From: an uncultured Gammaproteobacteria bacterium
Lineage (GTDB): Bacteria; Patescibacteriota; Patescibacteriia; UBA11705; JABHMO01
Assembly (NCBI GenBank): GCA_964590105.1
Contig: CAZPYM010000001.1
Location: forward strand, 302,172 to 366,171
Direction of reading: 5' to 3'
DNA length: 64,000 nt
The position numbers were made by a program, and so were the translations under genes. Shown piece after piece: positions 9,081-19,654 of the stretch (its first letter is position 1; the number at the start of each line of letters is the position of its first letter). The notes beneath the pieces were generated by a model, which saw only the letters and a list, made by a program, of their open reading frames with translations, was not told the DNA's origin and did no database searches.

Positions 9081-9527
9081 ATGATTATTATTGAAAGAAA
9101 CAAAATTCAACATCAACCAATGATCGACGTTATCAATGATTATCATTTTTTAAATGATTTAAGTGCTGCCATTGATGAATACATGCTGGCCAATCAACAA
9201 AAAACATTTGTTGACGGAAAACCAATGCAGGTTTTTTATGTGAGCGGCATGGCCGAGCGGCACCACGAACGGCTGGTTGATTATCTGAATTCCAGGATTC
9301 TAAGAGAAGCGCCCGAAAAAGCAATATTAACCAAAGGTCATTTTGCCAAGTTCCCAACCACTCACTATTGGTTACAAATAGACGATTTAATTGTAGACAT
9401 TACCATAAAACAATTTTGCGACAAAAGTCTTGATATATATGACAGCTTGAAACAATTGCTTGACTATCAATATTTAGTCAGCGACAATCCGCAAAATTCA
9501 ATTTACAACATGTATACTGCCGCTTAA
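9081..9527 (+). CDS. hypothetical protein, papain/transglutaminase-like H-x-W...DIT..QF motif
   Basis: THYWLQIDDLIVDITIKQF; tightly packed in the operon. Confidence 0.6.
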   Translation: MIIIERNKIQHQPMIDVINDYHFLNDLSAAIDEYMLANQQKTFVDGKPMQVFYVSGMAERHHERLVDYLNSRILREAPEKAILTKGHFAKFPTTHYWLQIDDLIVDITIKQFCDKSLDIYDSLKQLLDYQYLVSDNPQNSIYNMYTAA

Positions 9528-9530
9528 ATT

Positions 9531-11057
9531 ATGGCTGATATTAAATTTTTCGGCCAAACATTTCGCACTACATTTCTTTTCATCCTGCTGGCGGAGCTGG
9601 TCGTTTTTTTTATTCAATGGATGAAAATCGCCGTAGACCTTGGCGCTTATGCTTATTTTATAATTGTCGGTCTGGTTTTTATTGTCAGCTTATACAGGCT
9701 TGAATATGGCGTTTTTGCGGCGTTGGTTGAGCTTTTCATCGGATCGCAAGGCCACTTGCTGTCAATAAACATTGGTCAATTTGCCGTTTCTATCAGAATC
9801 GGAATTTTTATCGCCGTAATGCTGGTCTGGCTCATCTGGATAGCCCGGAAAAAATTATTTTCGCAAACATTTAAATATTTACGTGAAAACAATAAAATAA
9901 TATTGCTGGCTCTTGTCTGTTTCTGGGGATTGGTTTTCGCTTTGATTCGAGGCAATTCGCCAATTAATATTTTTCTTGATTTTAATGCCTGGCTGTATTT
10001 TTTGTATTTTTTCCCGCTGGTAACCATTTCACAGCAATCCGGACAAATCAATAGGCTTTTACAAATTTTCACGGCCAGCATCACCGCCACGGCAATAAAA
10101 GCCTTAATTTTTCTGTATGTTTTTTCTCACCACTTTGCCAGCATGCGCGACTTTTACAAATGGGGGAGGGACACGCGTTGGGGAGAATTTACTTTGATCC
10201 AGGGAAATTTATATAGAATTTTTTCACAATCGCAAATATTTATTCTGATCGGTTTTTTTATTATAATCGGGTTTCTCATTTTTAAAGGAAAATCAAATTA
10301 CCGCGTGACCAAAAATCAATACCTGGCAATTATTCTTTTTCTTTTACTGACCACAACCATTATCAGTTTATCCAGAAGTTTCTGGGTAGCGCTTATTTTA
10401 ACAGCAATTGTGATTTTGTACATTGCTTTTCGTTATTACAAGTTTAACTGGAAAGATGTCGGCCTTATCACCATTCGATTATTATTTTTAACTGTCTTGT
10501 CATACGGTTTAATCAATGCCATTGTTAGCTTTCCCTATCCAAAAACAGATGCAGATGCTTCGGCCGGCGCGCTCATCAGCCAACGCTTCAGCATCGATGA
10601 CAATGCCCTGTCTAGTCGCTGGAGCCAGCTGCCCGCCTTAACAAAAGAAATAACCAAACACCCGATCATCGGCTCCGGCTGGGGGTCAACTGTGACATAT
10701 TTAAGTCAGGATCCTCGGATTCTAAACGAAAACAACCCTTCCGGACAATACACGACCTTTGCTTTTGAATGGGGCTATTTGGATCTTATTTTGAAAATTG
10801 GACTAATAGGACTCATAATTTATCTGGTATTGCTCTGGTCAATTTTCAAAAACTATTTGGCTCTTTGGAAAAAAAATTCAGACCGCTATTTTCGCGCTCT
10901 GATTATCGGTTTTTTGCTCGGCTTATTTGCTCTGATTATTACTCACGGCTTCAGCCCATATCTGAACCATCCGCTAGGCATTGGCTATATTATCATCCTC
11001 CTAGCCATGCAAGAACCGCTTTCAAAATTAAAATTTGAACCGGAAACACTTCAATAA
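9531..11057 (+). CDS. O-antigen ligase/polymerase family membrane protein
   Basis: Multi-TM; SLSRSFW, HPIIGSGWG, YLDLILKIGLIG. Confidence 0.85.
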   Translation: MADIKFFGQTFRTTFLFILLAELVVFFIQWMKIAVDLGAYAYFIIVGLVFIVSLYRLEYGVFAALVELFIGSQGHLLSINIGQFAVSIRIGIFIAVMLVWLIWIARKKLFSQTFKYLRENNKIILLALVCFWGLVFALIRGNSPINIFLDFNAWLYFLYFFPLVTISQQSGQINRLLQIFTASITATAIKALIFLYVFSHHFASMRDFYKWGRDTRWGEFTLIQGNLYRIFSQSQIFILIGFFIIIGFLIFKGKSNYRVTKNQYLAIILFLLLTTTIISLSRSFWVALILTAIVILYIAFRYYKFNWKDVGLITIRLLFLTVLSYGLINAIVSFPYPKTDADASAGALISQRFSIDDNALSSRWSQLPALTKEITKHPIIGSGWGSTVTYLSQDPRILNENNPSGQYTTFAFEWGYLDLILKIGLIGLIIYLVLLWSIFKNYLALWKKNSDRYFRALIIGFLLGLFALIITHGFSPYLNHPLGIGYIIILLAMQEPLSKLKFEPETLQ

Positions 11058-11062
11058 CAGCA

Positions 11063-12013
11063 TTAACCCAAAACAGCGCTGACAAAAACTGAATGACCAT
11101 TCACAAAGTCATTAATGCCGATCTGCCTTTTGCCCTCGAGCTTTACTTCCAGTAAACGCAGAAATCCCTGGCCGCAGGCAACATAATAGCCCCCTTCGAA
11201 CAGAAAAACTTCGCCTATTTTATGGTTTCGCTTCACCTCAATCTGCGCTGGATAACATTTAGTGATGTCCAGTTTTTTTTCATTAAAAAAAGTGTAACTG
11301 CCGGGCCACTCATTGAACGCCCGAGATTGGTTGGCGATTTCGCGCGCTCCCGCCTGCCAATTTATTTTTCCGTCTTCTTTGTAAACTTTGCCAGAGTAGG
11401 TCACTTGATCATCGTCTTGCACCACCAAAGTGATTTTGCCGTTAATATAATCGGGGATAATGTTAATCAACAGGTCAGCGCTAAGCAAGGATAACTTTTG
11501 GGCCAATTCAGTGTAAGAATCGTCATCAAAAATTTCCACAGACTCCTGCGCTACAATGTCGCCGGTATCCATGCCCGGATCCATCAAAATTACAGTTGTG
11601 CCGGTGACTTCATCGCCATGTAATAACGCCGCCTGAATTGGCGAAGCGCCGCGATATTTTGGCAATAATGACGGATGGACGTTCAAACATCCGTGCGTTG
11701 GCAGATCCAAAAACTCCTGCGGAATAATTTTTCCATACGCCGCCACAACGAAAAGTTCCGGCTTTAGCGCTGCCAATTGATCCGCGAATCTTGGATTTTT
11801 TTTCAGTGACAACGGCTGGTGGCAAGGCAATTGATATTGTGTGGCAAAAACTTTTACCGGAGGAGAAACAATTTCGCGATTGCGGCCAGCCGGTTTATCA
11901 ATTTCAGTCACAACTGCCAGAACGTCGAAATGTTTTACCAGTTCAATCAAAATCGGCAAAGAAAATTCCGCCGAACCGAAAAAAACAATTTTTATTTTTG
12001 AGTTATCTTGCAT
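11063..12013 (-). CDS. fmt: methionyl-tRNA formyltransferase
   Basis: VVAAYGKII, NVHPSLLPKYRGASPIQ, MDTGDI. Confidence 0.97.
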   Translation of the reverse strand: MQDNSKIKIVFFGSAEFSLPILIELVKHFDVLAVVTEIDKPAGRNREIVSPPVKVFATQYQLPCHQPLSLKKNPRFADQLAALKPELFVVAAYGKIIPQEFLDLPTHGCLNVHPSLLPKYRGASPIQAALLHGDEVTGTTVILMDPGMDTGDIVAQESVEIFDDDSYTELAQKLSLLSADLLINIIPDYINGKITLVVQDDDQVTYSGKVYKEDGKINWQAGAREIANQSRAFNEWPGSYTFFNEKKLDITKCYPAQIEVKRNHKIGEVFLFEGGYYVACGQGFLRLLEVKLEGKRQIGINDFVNGHSVFVSAVLG

Positions 12014-12033
12014 CTTATTTTATTTATAAAAAA

Positions 12034-12516
12034 TCAAAGCTCTTTTTTTTGATTTTCAGCGCTTTTAATATTTTTTGCCTTATCTATAAAAAGCACGCCA
12101 TTCAGATGATCAACCTCATGATCAATTACTCTGGCAAAAAGTCCGCGCGCTCTAAATTCTATCCTCGCGCCGTCAGCTGAAATGGCTTTTACTTTTAGAC
12201 TTGTATTTCGTTTCACGTCACCATATATTCCCGGCACGCTAAGGCAACCTTCCTCATCAACACACTTGCGCCATGATCGGACTGAAATAACCGGATTAAC
12301 CAGCGCCAAGGGTCCGCTTTTTGTACTAATAATAACTATTCTTACTAATTTTCCTACCTGAGGCGCGGCAAGGCCAATGCCGTCGTTGGCTTTCATTGTT
12401 TCAATCAAATCACAAATGAACCGCTTGTATTTACCGGTTTTTACTTCGTTTATCGCAACGGCTAAGGATTTTTTTCGCAGTTGCGGATCTGGCAGATGTA
12501 ATACCTTTCTAATCAT
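12034..12516 (-). CDS. def: peptide deformylase
   Basis: GIGLAAPQVG, EGCLSVPG, HEVDHLNG. Confidence 0.97.
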   Translation of the reverse strand: MIRKVLHLPDPQLRKKSLAVAINEVKTGKYKRFICDLIETMKANDGIGLAAPQVGKLVRIVIISTKSGPLALVNPVISVRSWRKCVDEEGCLSVPGIYGDVKRNTSLKVKAISADGARIEFRARGLFARVIDHEVDHLNGVLFIDKAKNIKSAENQKKEL

Positions 12517-12565
12517 AACTATTTCGAATTTTATGGAAACTTAAATTAAGGCAATCTTTAGAAAA

Positions 12566-14440
12566 TTATAGCAAATTAACAGGATTTTTGTCAATGGTCC
12601 AGTATTCCGGAACATCGGATATAAAGCGTTTCTCCAATTCTATATTGGACAGGGGAAGGAATACGGCTATCTGGCAGCGATAGCGCTTTCTGACCTTTTG
12701 CAAATAATGCAAATACGGCTCGGTGATTTTGATGTTTTTATCTGAACCCTTGATAAGTTTATCATATAATTCCTGCGCTTCTTTCTGACAAACACCCAGA
12801 TCCTGATGCTGAAAAAATAATTTTATAAGAGTGCAAAATGGGGGATAGCTAAATTGTTTTCTGTCGGCAATTTCTTTTTTGTAAAAATATTCATAGCCCA
12901 AATTTAAACTTTCAAAGGCCAGATTGTCAGCAAAACTGGTTTGGACGATTACTCCCGCGCCACCCGCTCGCCCGATCAATTCTTTTTGGAAGCAATAAAG
13001 ACGAAAATTGGAATTAAAGTCAGCTAGATAAACAAGACTATCCAGGTAAACAAATCCCAGTAAACCAATATTTTCAAAATTTTCTTTTTTTAATGTTTGC
13101 CCGGTGCTAAGTAAGATCCGGCCAGCGTCAGTAAATCTCTTTTTAACCTCGTTACTAATTTGTTCAATGCCGATTCCCATTTTTTTCAGATTGACGCCCC
13201 GACAATTAGGACAGGTTAGAAGCAAATCTTGTTTTTGCCCGCAACGATAACACACTAGATTTTGCCCCTCAATTGTAAATGGCAATTTGCAACTGGGACA
13301 ATTGGCTTCAAATCCGCAATCATCGCAAAAAAGATAGCTGTATTCACCCTTTTTATTGACTATCAGTAAAACTTTATTGTCTTTTTTCTGTTTCAGGGTG
13401 ATATCGATTTCCCGCAATAATTTTTCACTCAAATATGTAAATCCTTTTTTTCGCTCTTCCCGAAGATCAACCAGCTGAACTTGGTTTTTGATCCCCGCGC
13501 CGAGCGTTATCATTTGATATTGATTTTTTTTAGCATTGCAAGCGTCCTCAATCCTGGGGGTTAAAGATGATAAAATTAAATTGCAATTTGTCAACTGCTG
13601 GATTTTTTGCGCCACGTTTACAGCTTCGTAACGGGGAGTCATGTCCCACTGTTTGAAATCTTCTGAATGAGCAGCATCAATAACTATGGTTTGCAAATTT
13701 GATAATGGAGAAAAAACAGCTGATCGCGTGCCAATAATTATAAATTTTTCATTTTTCCTAATCTGGCCCCAGAGTTGAAATGTTTTGTTTTTTCCGTAAT
13801 GAGCGTCAGTGGTTAATGAGGCTGTTTTAACTTGAAGATTTTTAGGCAAAAGCTGGAAAAATTCGTTCACTTTTTGCACTTGGGGAAATAAAATCAATAT
13901 TTGCTTTCTGTCCTTTACTGCATTTGAGCACAATCCCAAATAAAACAATTCTTTGAGCTTGGCATCATGGGGAAACAATAAAGCTTTTTGCCCATTTGAA
14001 CAAAAAAATTGTTCAATGAGAGGCAAAATTTTCGGGTTCTTTACCAACTCAATTCGATTGTCTGAAATCTGTGTTTCTCTCGCAAGAGCGTTCCGCTTTG
14101 GCACGTCCGGAAACAGCATCCTGGCCGTTGCCGCCAGTGAATAGTGATAATATCCGGCAAACCAATTTATCAGCTCCATTTGATAGGGAAGCAATCCGCC
14201 AAGATCGCTGTCGAGACTATCAATCTGTTTGGCCTGCTCAAAATCAGTTTTATTTTTTATTGAATGAACAATTCCCTTAAGCATCTGCTTTTTCCTAAAA
14301 GGAATATTAACAATCGCGCCTGGCATGATTTTTTTTTGCCAGCTATCCGAAGCGTCATCCTCTTTAGGAATATAGTAATCAAAATAATCCATGCCTCTCG
14401 GCAACTTTATCAAAGGAATTATCTGAGCCACTTTCAGCAT
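12566..14440 (-). CDS. priA: primosomal protein N' (PriA) with degenerate helicase motifs
   Basis: FDYYIP, IGTRSAVF, four CxxC pairs, YPPF; Walker A absent and DEEH replaced by DAAH. Confidence 0.85.
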   Translation of the reverse strand: MLKVAQIIPLIKLPRGMDYFDYYIPKEDDASDSWQKKIMPGAIVNIPFRKKQMLKGIVHSIKNKTDFEQAKQIDSLDSDLGGLLPYQMELINWFAGYYHYSLAATARMLFPDVPKRNALARETQISDNRIELVKNPKILPLIEQFFCSNGQKALLFPHDAKLKELFYLGLCSNAVKDRKQILILFPQVQKVNEFFQLLPKNLQVKTASLTTDAHYGKNKTFQLWGQIRKNEKFIIIGTRSAVFSPLSNLQTIVIDAAHSEDFKQWDMTPRYEAVNVAQKIQQLTNCNLILSSLTPRIEDACNAKKNQYQMITLGAGIKNQVQLVDLREERKKGFTYLSEKLLREIDITLKQKKDNKVLLIVNKKGEYSYLFCDDCGFEANCPSCKLPFTIEGQNLVCYRCGQKQDLLLTCPNCRGVNLKKMGIGIEQISNEVKKRFTDAGRILLSTGQTLKKENFENIGLLGFVYLDSLVYLADFNSNFRLYCFQKELIGRAGGAGVIVQTSFADNLAFESLNLGYEYFYKKEIADRKQFSYPPFCTLIKLFFQHQDLGVCQKEAQELYDKLIKGSDKNIKITEPYLHYLQKVRKRYRCQIAVFLPLSNIELEKRFISDVPEYWTIDKNPVNLL

Positions 14441-14525
14441 ATTGCAGATTTATTATATCATCAAAAATCAGAAAACCGAAGCTCTCACTTCGGGTTTTCC
14501 CTGGTAACAACGCCTCGCCTATTCC

Positions 14526-15314
14526 TCAAGCAAATTTCATTTCACCGACCAAGTATCCAACGCCAAACGGGGACTCATAGCTTAGCACTTCAAATTCATA
14601 ACTCATATTTTTCACTGCCCCGAGAAGAATTAAAAATGAACGCAGGCCGCACTCTCCCGCATCCTCAATCACTGCCGGATCCAAATCCAAAATGCCCTGA
14701 ACGCTTTTCTTTTTTAGAAACTGAATCAACTTTTTATCAAAATCCTTGGCGCTCGGAGAAAATCCCGACGGCGCCTGCAGACTTAATCGATGCGAAAGAT
14801 CACCGGAAGCAATAATCGCATATTTTTTGTCTGTTGAAAATATTGCTTCTTTGATCAACTCACCAAATTCCAGGTGTTTAGCATAGCTCAGAAAACTATA
14901 ATTAATCGGAACAATGCGCTGATCCTGCACCTTGCGGGTTAAATAATACAGCGGTACTGCCGCGCCGTGATCTAAATTTTCCTGTAAAATCAATTGCAAG
15001 GGCAATTTTGTTTCATTTTTTCCTTTTAAATGATTAATAAAGCCAAGATCTGACTTAAATGAAAGTTTAGTTTGAAAATCGCCAAAGTCTTCAAAGTTTG
15101 CTGAGTAAATCTGATTAGTATTAATCGTAAAAGCGTTAAAATTAATTTCCCCGTGCGGCGAAATAACTATCAAAGTATCCGGATTTGCCTGGTTTAAATC
15201 TTCCTCCAAAATATCAAAAGCCTGGACTGTTTTTTTCAGTTTTTGTAAATTGTTTTTGCCGATCCGCGGAATGAGAATCGGCGGATGGGGGACAATAGCG
15301 GCGAACGTTAGCAT
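14526..15314 (-). CDS. amrB: AmmeMemoRadiSam system protein B (MEMO1/LigB family)
   Basis: PHPPILIP, ISPH, LDHG..VPL, IASGDLSH, AGECGLRS, SYESPFGVGY. Confidence 0.88.
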   Translation of the reverse strand: MLTFAAIVPHPPILIPRIGKNNLQKLKKTVQAFDILEEDLNQANPDTLIVISPHGEINFNAFTINTNQIYSANFEDFGDFQTKLSFKSDLGFINHLKGKNETKLPLQLILQENLDHGAAVPLYYLTRKVQDQRIVPINYSFLSYAKHLEFGELIKEAIFSTDKKYAIIASGDLSHRLSLQAPSGFSPSAKDFDKKLIQFLKKKSVQGILDLDPAVIEDAGECGLRSFLILLGAVKNMSYEFEVLSYESPFGVGYLVGEMKFA

Positions 15315-15340
15315 ATAAAAAACGTGATTTACATGATTTG

Positions 15341-16711
15341 TTATTTCTTAAAATCTAAGTCAACAAAACCGCCGAGCGGTAAATTTGACAAGCTTTTTTC
15401 TGAAACGATTTTAACGTTTCCCCATTTATAGCCAAGCCTTTCAAAAACATCGCCGGAAACTATCGGCCTTTTTTTGCCGTCTGAAATAACATAGACAGTC
15501 GGCTGTGTTGATGTTCTTACTAAAATGCCATCATATATTTTGACAGGATCAAACCTGGCGAACTTATCAAGTTCCTCGGGCATTACAGATGTTATATGAT
15601 ATTCGGGGTAATTGATCAACAAAATATCCTTGGTAATAATCGGGTATTTTTTCCCGTCCTGGACAAAGAAAACGCCGCCAGTTGTTTTGTCTTGAAGCAA
15701 AGCGCCCATAGGATATGCGCTCTCCATGGTAATTGGTTCGCCAAGTTCATAATCGCCGAAATCATCCAGACTTAATTCCTGAAATTCTTCCGGATTATAA
15801 CCAATAGTGCGGATCACTTCCTGCGATTCAAATTTTCTGAGTTGATCATCTATCAGCAGATAAACATTTCCCATCGGCGTAATCAGCAACGAATAATTGG
15901 AAAATTTGATCGGCCGGCCGATTTCATATTTTTCAAGTTCAATCTTGCTAACAGTGATTATATTTTTCAAGTTGTAACGCGACACAAGCGCGCTTTTGGA
16001 AAAAAACGGCCTCCTTGATCCATTCTGAATCAGCCAAACACCGGATTCACCCTGCGCTTGAAGCAGTGACCCGTCTGGGTATTTTTGGGAGAACCATTCA
16101 TTCCAAATCTTCCAAAAATTATAATTGCCATGAATATGAGGAGTAAAATTATAAAGATTTGCCGTGGCTTGATTCACAATATAAATATCATAGCCGTCAA
16201 TTTTGTAAATATTGCCTGGACGTTTTAACCAACCTTCATTAGTTTCAATATACCAGCGATTACGCCAAGCAGTACGATCAACTTGAGTGGCGAAGCCTTT
16301 AAATAAAAGCAACCCAGGATCACCCATCTCACAACTGTCGCAAACTCCATAGCCCATTGCCCAGTCATATTGCTTTTGAGTAGGGGATGAATCTTCCACC
16401 AGACTTTGTTCTTTTTGCAACATTACCAATAAGAATTTTGGGTTGATCTGGTACTTCTGCGCCGCATCCCAAATAATTTCGGCGGCGGTCTTTTTCTGGC
16501 CATCAGTGTCAATTGCCTGATATGCGCCAAGCGTGCCGTTTCTTCGCTGAAGAAAATTTTGAATTTCATTCAGTGTCATGGAATTATTGTCAGTCAAATC
16601 AGAATCAGAAATAATATAGCCATTGTCAAAATTAACAGCCAAAACATAACGTCCGGGTAGCAGAACCCCAATCATCAGACACAAGAGAGCGATTATTGCG
16701 ACTTTTTTCAT
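15341..16711 (-). CDS. secreted lysozyme-like-fold protein with C-terminal surface repeats
   Basis: Signal peptide; INPKFLLVMLQKEQSL, AMGYGVCDSC, NQATANLYNFTPH; four G.L...VY.I.DG.K/R repeats. Confidence 0.65.
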   Translation of the reverse strand: MKKVAIIALLCLMIGVLLPGRYVLAVNFDNGYIISDSDLTDNNSMTLNEIQNFLQRRNGTLGAYQAIDTDGQKKTAAEIIWDAAQKYQINPKFLLVMLQKEQSLVEDSSPTQKQYDWAMGYGVCDSCEMGDPGLLLFKGFATQVDRTAWRNRWYIETNEGWLKRPGNIYKIDGYDIYIVNQATANLYNFTPHIHGNYNFWKIWNEWFSQKYPDGSLLQAQGESGVWLIQNGSRRPFFSKSALVSRYNLKNIITVSKIELEKYEIGRPIKFSNYSLLITPMGNVYLLIDDQLRKFESQEVIRTIGYNPEEFQELSLDDFGDYELGEPITMESAYPMGALLQDKTTGGVFFVQDGKKYPIITKDILLINYPEYHITSVMPEELDKFARFDPVKIYDGILVRTSTQPTVYVISDGKKRPIVSGDVFERLGYKWGNVKIVSEKSLSNLPLGGFVDLDFKK

Positions 16712-16750
16712 ACAGCAATATTATAATAAAAATAGCATCTTTTAGCAAGC

Positions 16751-16782
16751 AAAAACCAGCGCTGTCAAAACGCTGGTTTTTT
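16751..16782 (-). terminator. terminator downstream of clpB
   Basis: AAAAACCAGCG...CGCTGGTTTTT hairpin. Confidence 0.7.
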
Positions 16783-16809
16783 ATAATTCAATCGATCTCA
16801 AAAATTAAG

Positions 16810-19431
16810 CTATTTAAATACCACCTTCCCCTTGACTAATTCAACGGAAAGTTTACCCTTGACTTTGCCCTCAATCATTTGCAAAGCTAATTCGTCAAGT
16901 AATTTACTTTGAATCAATCTTTTCAGCGGCCGGGCGCCAAATTGAGGATCATAGCCCTGCTTGGCCAGCATATCTTTCACTTCATCGCTAAAAGTAATTT
17001 TAATTTCCTTATCTTTTAATCGGCGCTCTACTATTGCCAGCTGAAGATCAACAATCCAACGAATATCTGCTTCTGTCAAAGCGTCAAAAATAATTATTTC
17101 ATCAATGCGATTCAAAAATTCAGGCCGGAAATGATCTTTTAGTTTTCCCAGTATTTTGCTATCAGCATCTTGTCTTGATTTTGTTTCTTTATTACCAAAA
17201 CCCAAATCAGACTTTGTTAAAGATTCGAGTATTGTGTCCGAACCAATATTTGACGTCATAATGATAATTGTGTTTTTGAAGTTAACAGTACGGCCCTTGG
17301 CGTCAGTCAATCTGCCGTCGTCTAAAATTTGAAGCAATGTATTGAAGACTTCAGGATGCGCCTTTTCAATTTCATCAAATAATACAACTGAATATGGTCG
17401 GCGTCTGACTTTTTCAGTCAGTTGGCCGCCCTCATCATAACCAATATATCCCGGAGGTGAGCCGATTAATTTTGAAACCGCGTGTTTTTCCATAAATTCA
17501 GACATATCCACTCGCACAATCGCGTCTTCGCTATTGAACATAAATTCAGCCAGTGATTTAGCCAGCTCGGTTTTGCCGACACCGGTCGGGCCGAGAAATA
17601 AAAATGATCCAATAGGCCGATTTTCTTCAGACAAGCCGGCTCTTGATCGGCGGAGTGCATTTGACACAGCGGCAATTGCTTTTTTTTGTCCAATAACTCG
17701 TTTTGATAATTCTTCTTCAGCATGAGCCAGTTTTTCTATTTCACTTTGTAGCATTTTTGAAACCGGAATACCTGTCCACTTGGACACAACCTCGGCAATA
17801 TCTTCTTCATCAACTTCTTCTTTTAATATCTGCCGTCCGCCGGGGCCTGACTGCACTTTTCGAAGGCGGGTTTGCAAATCTTTGATGGCTTTTTCATGTT
17901 CAGGGATTTTGCCATAGCGAATTTCCGCCACTTTGTCGTATTCTGCTTTTCTTTCAAGTATTTCTGCTTCTTGTTTTAATTTATCAATTTCCTTTTTCGC
18001 TTCTTGAATTTGATTGATCAATTCTTTTTCCTTTTTCCAATGCAACTCAAGCCGATTGGATTTTTCTTTTAATTCTTCCAGCTCTTTTTCAATCTCTTTT
18101 AATTTTTTCTTGGTGGTTTGGGTTTTCTCTCTAGCAATGGCCTGCTTTTCAATTTCCAGTTGCATGATTTTACGTTTAAATTGATCCAGTTCGATCGGCA
18201 TGCTATTTAACTCAATGCGCAATGACGAAGTAGCTTCGTCCACGAGGTCAATAGCTTTGTCCGGCAAAAATCTGTCAGTAATATATTTTTGTGAAAGCTT
18301 GGCGGCCGCCACAATCGCATCGTCAGTAATTCGAACGCCATGGTGAACTTCATATTTTTCCTTGATACCTCGTAAAATTGAAATAGTGTCTTCAAGCGTC
18401 GGCTCGAGCACCATGACTGGCTGAAATCTTCTTTCCAGAGCTGCATCTTTTTCAATATATTTTTGATATTCTTTTAGCGTTGTAGCGCCAACACAATGCA
18501 ATTCACCGCGAGCCAGGGCGGGCTTTAGCATATTTGAAGCGTCAAGACTGCCTTCAATAGCGCCTGCACCGACAATTGTATGAAGCTCATCAATAAAAAT
18601 AATATATTTATCTTTATTCTTTTTTATTTCTTGAAGGATTGCTTTCATTCGCTCCTCAAATTCACCGCGAAATTTTGCGCCAGCGACAATTGAACCAATA
18701 TCCAGGCTTAAAACTTCTTTGTTTTTTAAATTTTCAGGCACATCGCCGGCCACAATCCTTTGTGCCAAACCTTCTGCCACAGCTGTTTTACCAACACCGG
18801 GCTCGCCAATTAAAACAGGGTTGTTTTTCGTGCGACGAGATAAAACTTGCAATAGTCTTCTGATTTCTTCGTCTCGCCCAATTATCGGATCAAGTTTTTC
18901 TTGTCGCGCCTCTTCAGTAAGATTGACTGTGAATTTTGCCAATACATCCCGCTTGTTTTCCGGATCAGGAGAATCAACCTTTTGATCACCCCTAACCTCG
19001 CTTAGAATTTTCATTACAGCGTCATAATTCACACCAAATGCTTGCAATATTTTACTGGCCGTTGAGTCAACTTTCAAAAGTGAAAGTAGCAAATGTTCAG
19101 TGCTGACAAATTCATCGCCCAGAGTTTTGGCTTCTTTTTCTGAATTAACCAAGCAATAATTCATCTGCGGAGTAACCGCCACCTGACCGTTCGGCCCTCC
19201 GGACAATGGTCCTTTTGGCAATCGGGTTAAGGTAGCTCTAGCTTGTTGGATCATTTGTTCAATAGGAATTTCCATTTTCTTTAGCACTGTCAAAACAATG
19301 CTCTCGTCTTGTTGCAGCAAAGCAAAAAGCAGATGAAGGGTATCAATCTGCGAATGTTTGAATTCAAATGCCAGCGCCTGCGCTTCTTGCAGGGCTTGCT
19401 GTGAATTGGTAGTGAATTTGCGGATGTCCAT
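16810..19431 (-). CDS. clpB: ATP-dependent chaperone ClpB
   Basis: Two AAA+ modules ([16 protein letters not shown]), coiled-coil M domain, GARPLKR. Confidence 0.97.
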   Translation of the reverse strand: MDIRKFTTNSQQALQEAQALAFEFKHSQIDTLHLLFALLQQDESIVLTVLKKMEIPIEQMIQQARATLTRLPKGPLSGGPNGQVAVTPQMNYCLVNSEKEAKTLGDEFVSTEHLLLSLLKVDSTASKILQAFGVNYDAVMKILSEVRGDQKVDSPDPENKRDVLAKFTVNLTEEARQEKLDPIIGRDEEIRRLLQVLSRRTKNNPVLIGEPGVGKTAVAEGLAQRIVAGDVPENLKNKEVLSLDIGSIVAGAKFRGEFEERMKAILQEIKKNKDKYIIFIDELHTIVGAGAIEGSLDASNMLKPALARGELHCVGATTLKEYQKYIEKDAALERRFQPVMVLEPTLEDTISILRGIKEKYEVHHGVRITDDAIVAAAKLSQKYITDRFLPDKAIDLVDEATSSLRIELNSMPIELDQFKRKIMQLEIEKQAIAREKTQTTKKKLKEIEKELEELKEKSNRLELHWKKEKELINQIQEAKKEIDKLKQEAEILERKAEYDKVAEIRYGKIPEHEKAIKDLQTRLRKVQSGPGGRQILKEEVDEEDIAEVVSKWTGIPVSKMLQSEIEKLAHAEEELSKRVIGQKKAIAAVSNALRRSRAGLSEENRPIGSFLFLGPTGVGKTELAKSLAEFMFNSEDAIVRVDMSEFMEKHAVSKLIGSPPGYIGYDEGGQLTEKVRRRPYSVVLFDEIEKAHPEVFNTLLQILDDGRLTDAKGRTVNFKNTIIIMTSNIGSDTILESLTKSDLGFGNKETKSRQDADSKILGKLKDHFRPEFLNRIDEIIIFDALTEADIRWIVDLQLAIVERRLKDKEIKITFSDEVKDMLAKQGYDPQFGARPLKRLIQSKLLDELALQMIEGKVKGKLSVELVKGKVVFK

Positions 19432-19549
19432 ATTTCAATAAAAATATTATACCAATATCACACTAATATTGCACAAATATTATTACAACAGCAGTTTTAA
19501 TATTTGTTTAATATTCGTTCAATATCTAATTAATATTTGTTTTAAATAA

Positions 19550-19576
19550 TTAGCAGTCACAAGTAAGGAGTGCTAA
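19550..19576 (-). promoter_or_regulatory. CIRCE element (HrcA operator) upstream of clpB
   Basis: TTAGCAGTC-N9-GAGTGCTAA, one mismatch to the TTAGCACTC-N9-GAGTGCTAA consensus. Confidence 0.9.
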
Positions 19577-19579
19577 TTC

Positions 19580-19607
19580 ATTATACAATTCAATAAAATA
19601 TTGTCAA
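19580..19607 (-). promoter_or_regulatory. sigma70 promoter of clpB
   Basis: TTGACA-N16-TATAAT immediately upstream of CIRCE. Confidence 0.75.
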
Positions 19608-19654
19608 GCGAATAACATTCGCACACTAGACTGCGAAAACAACTTACTGCCTGG

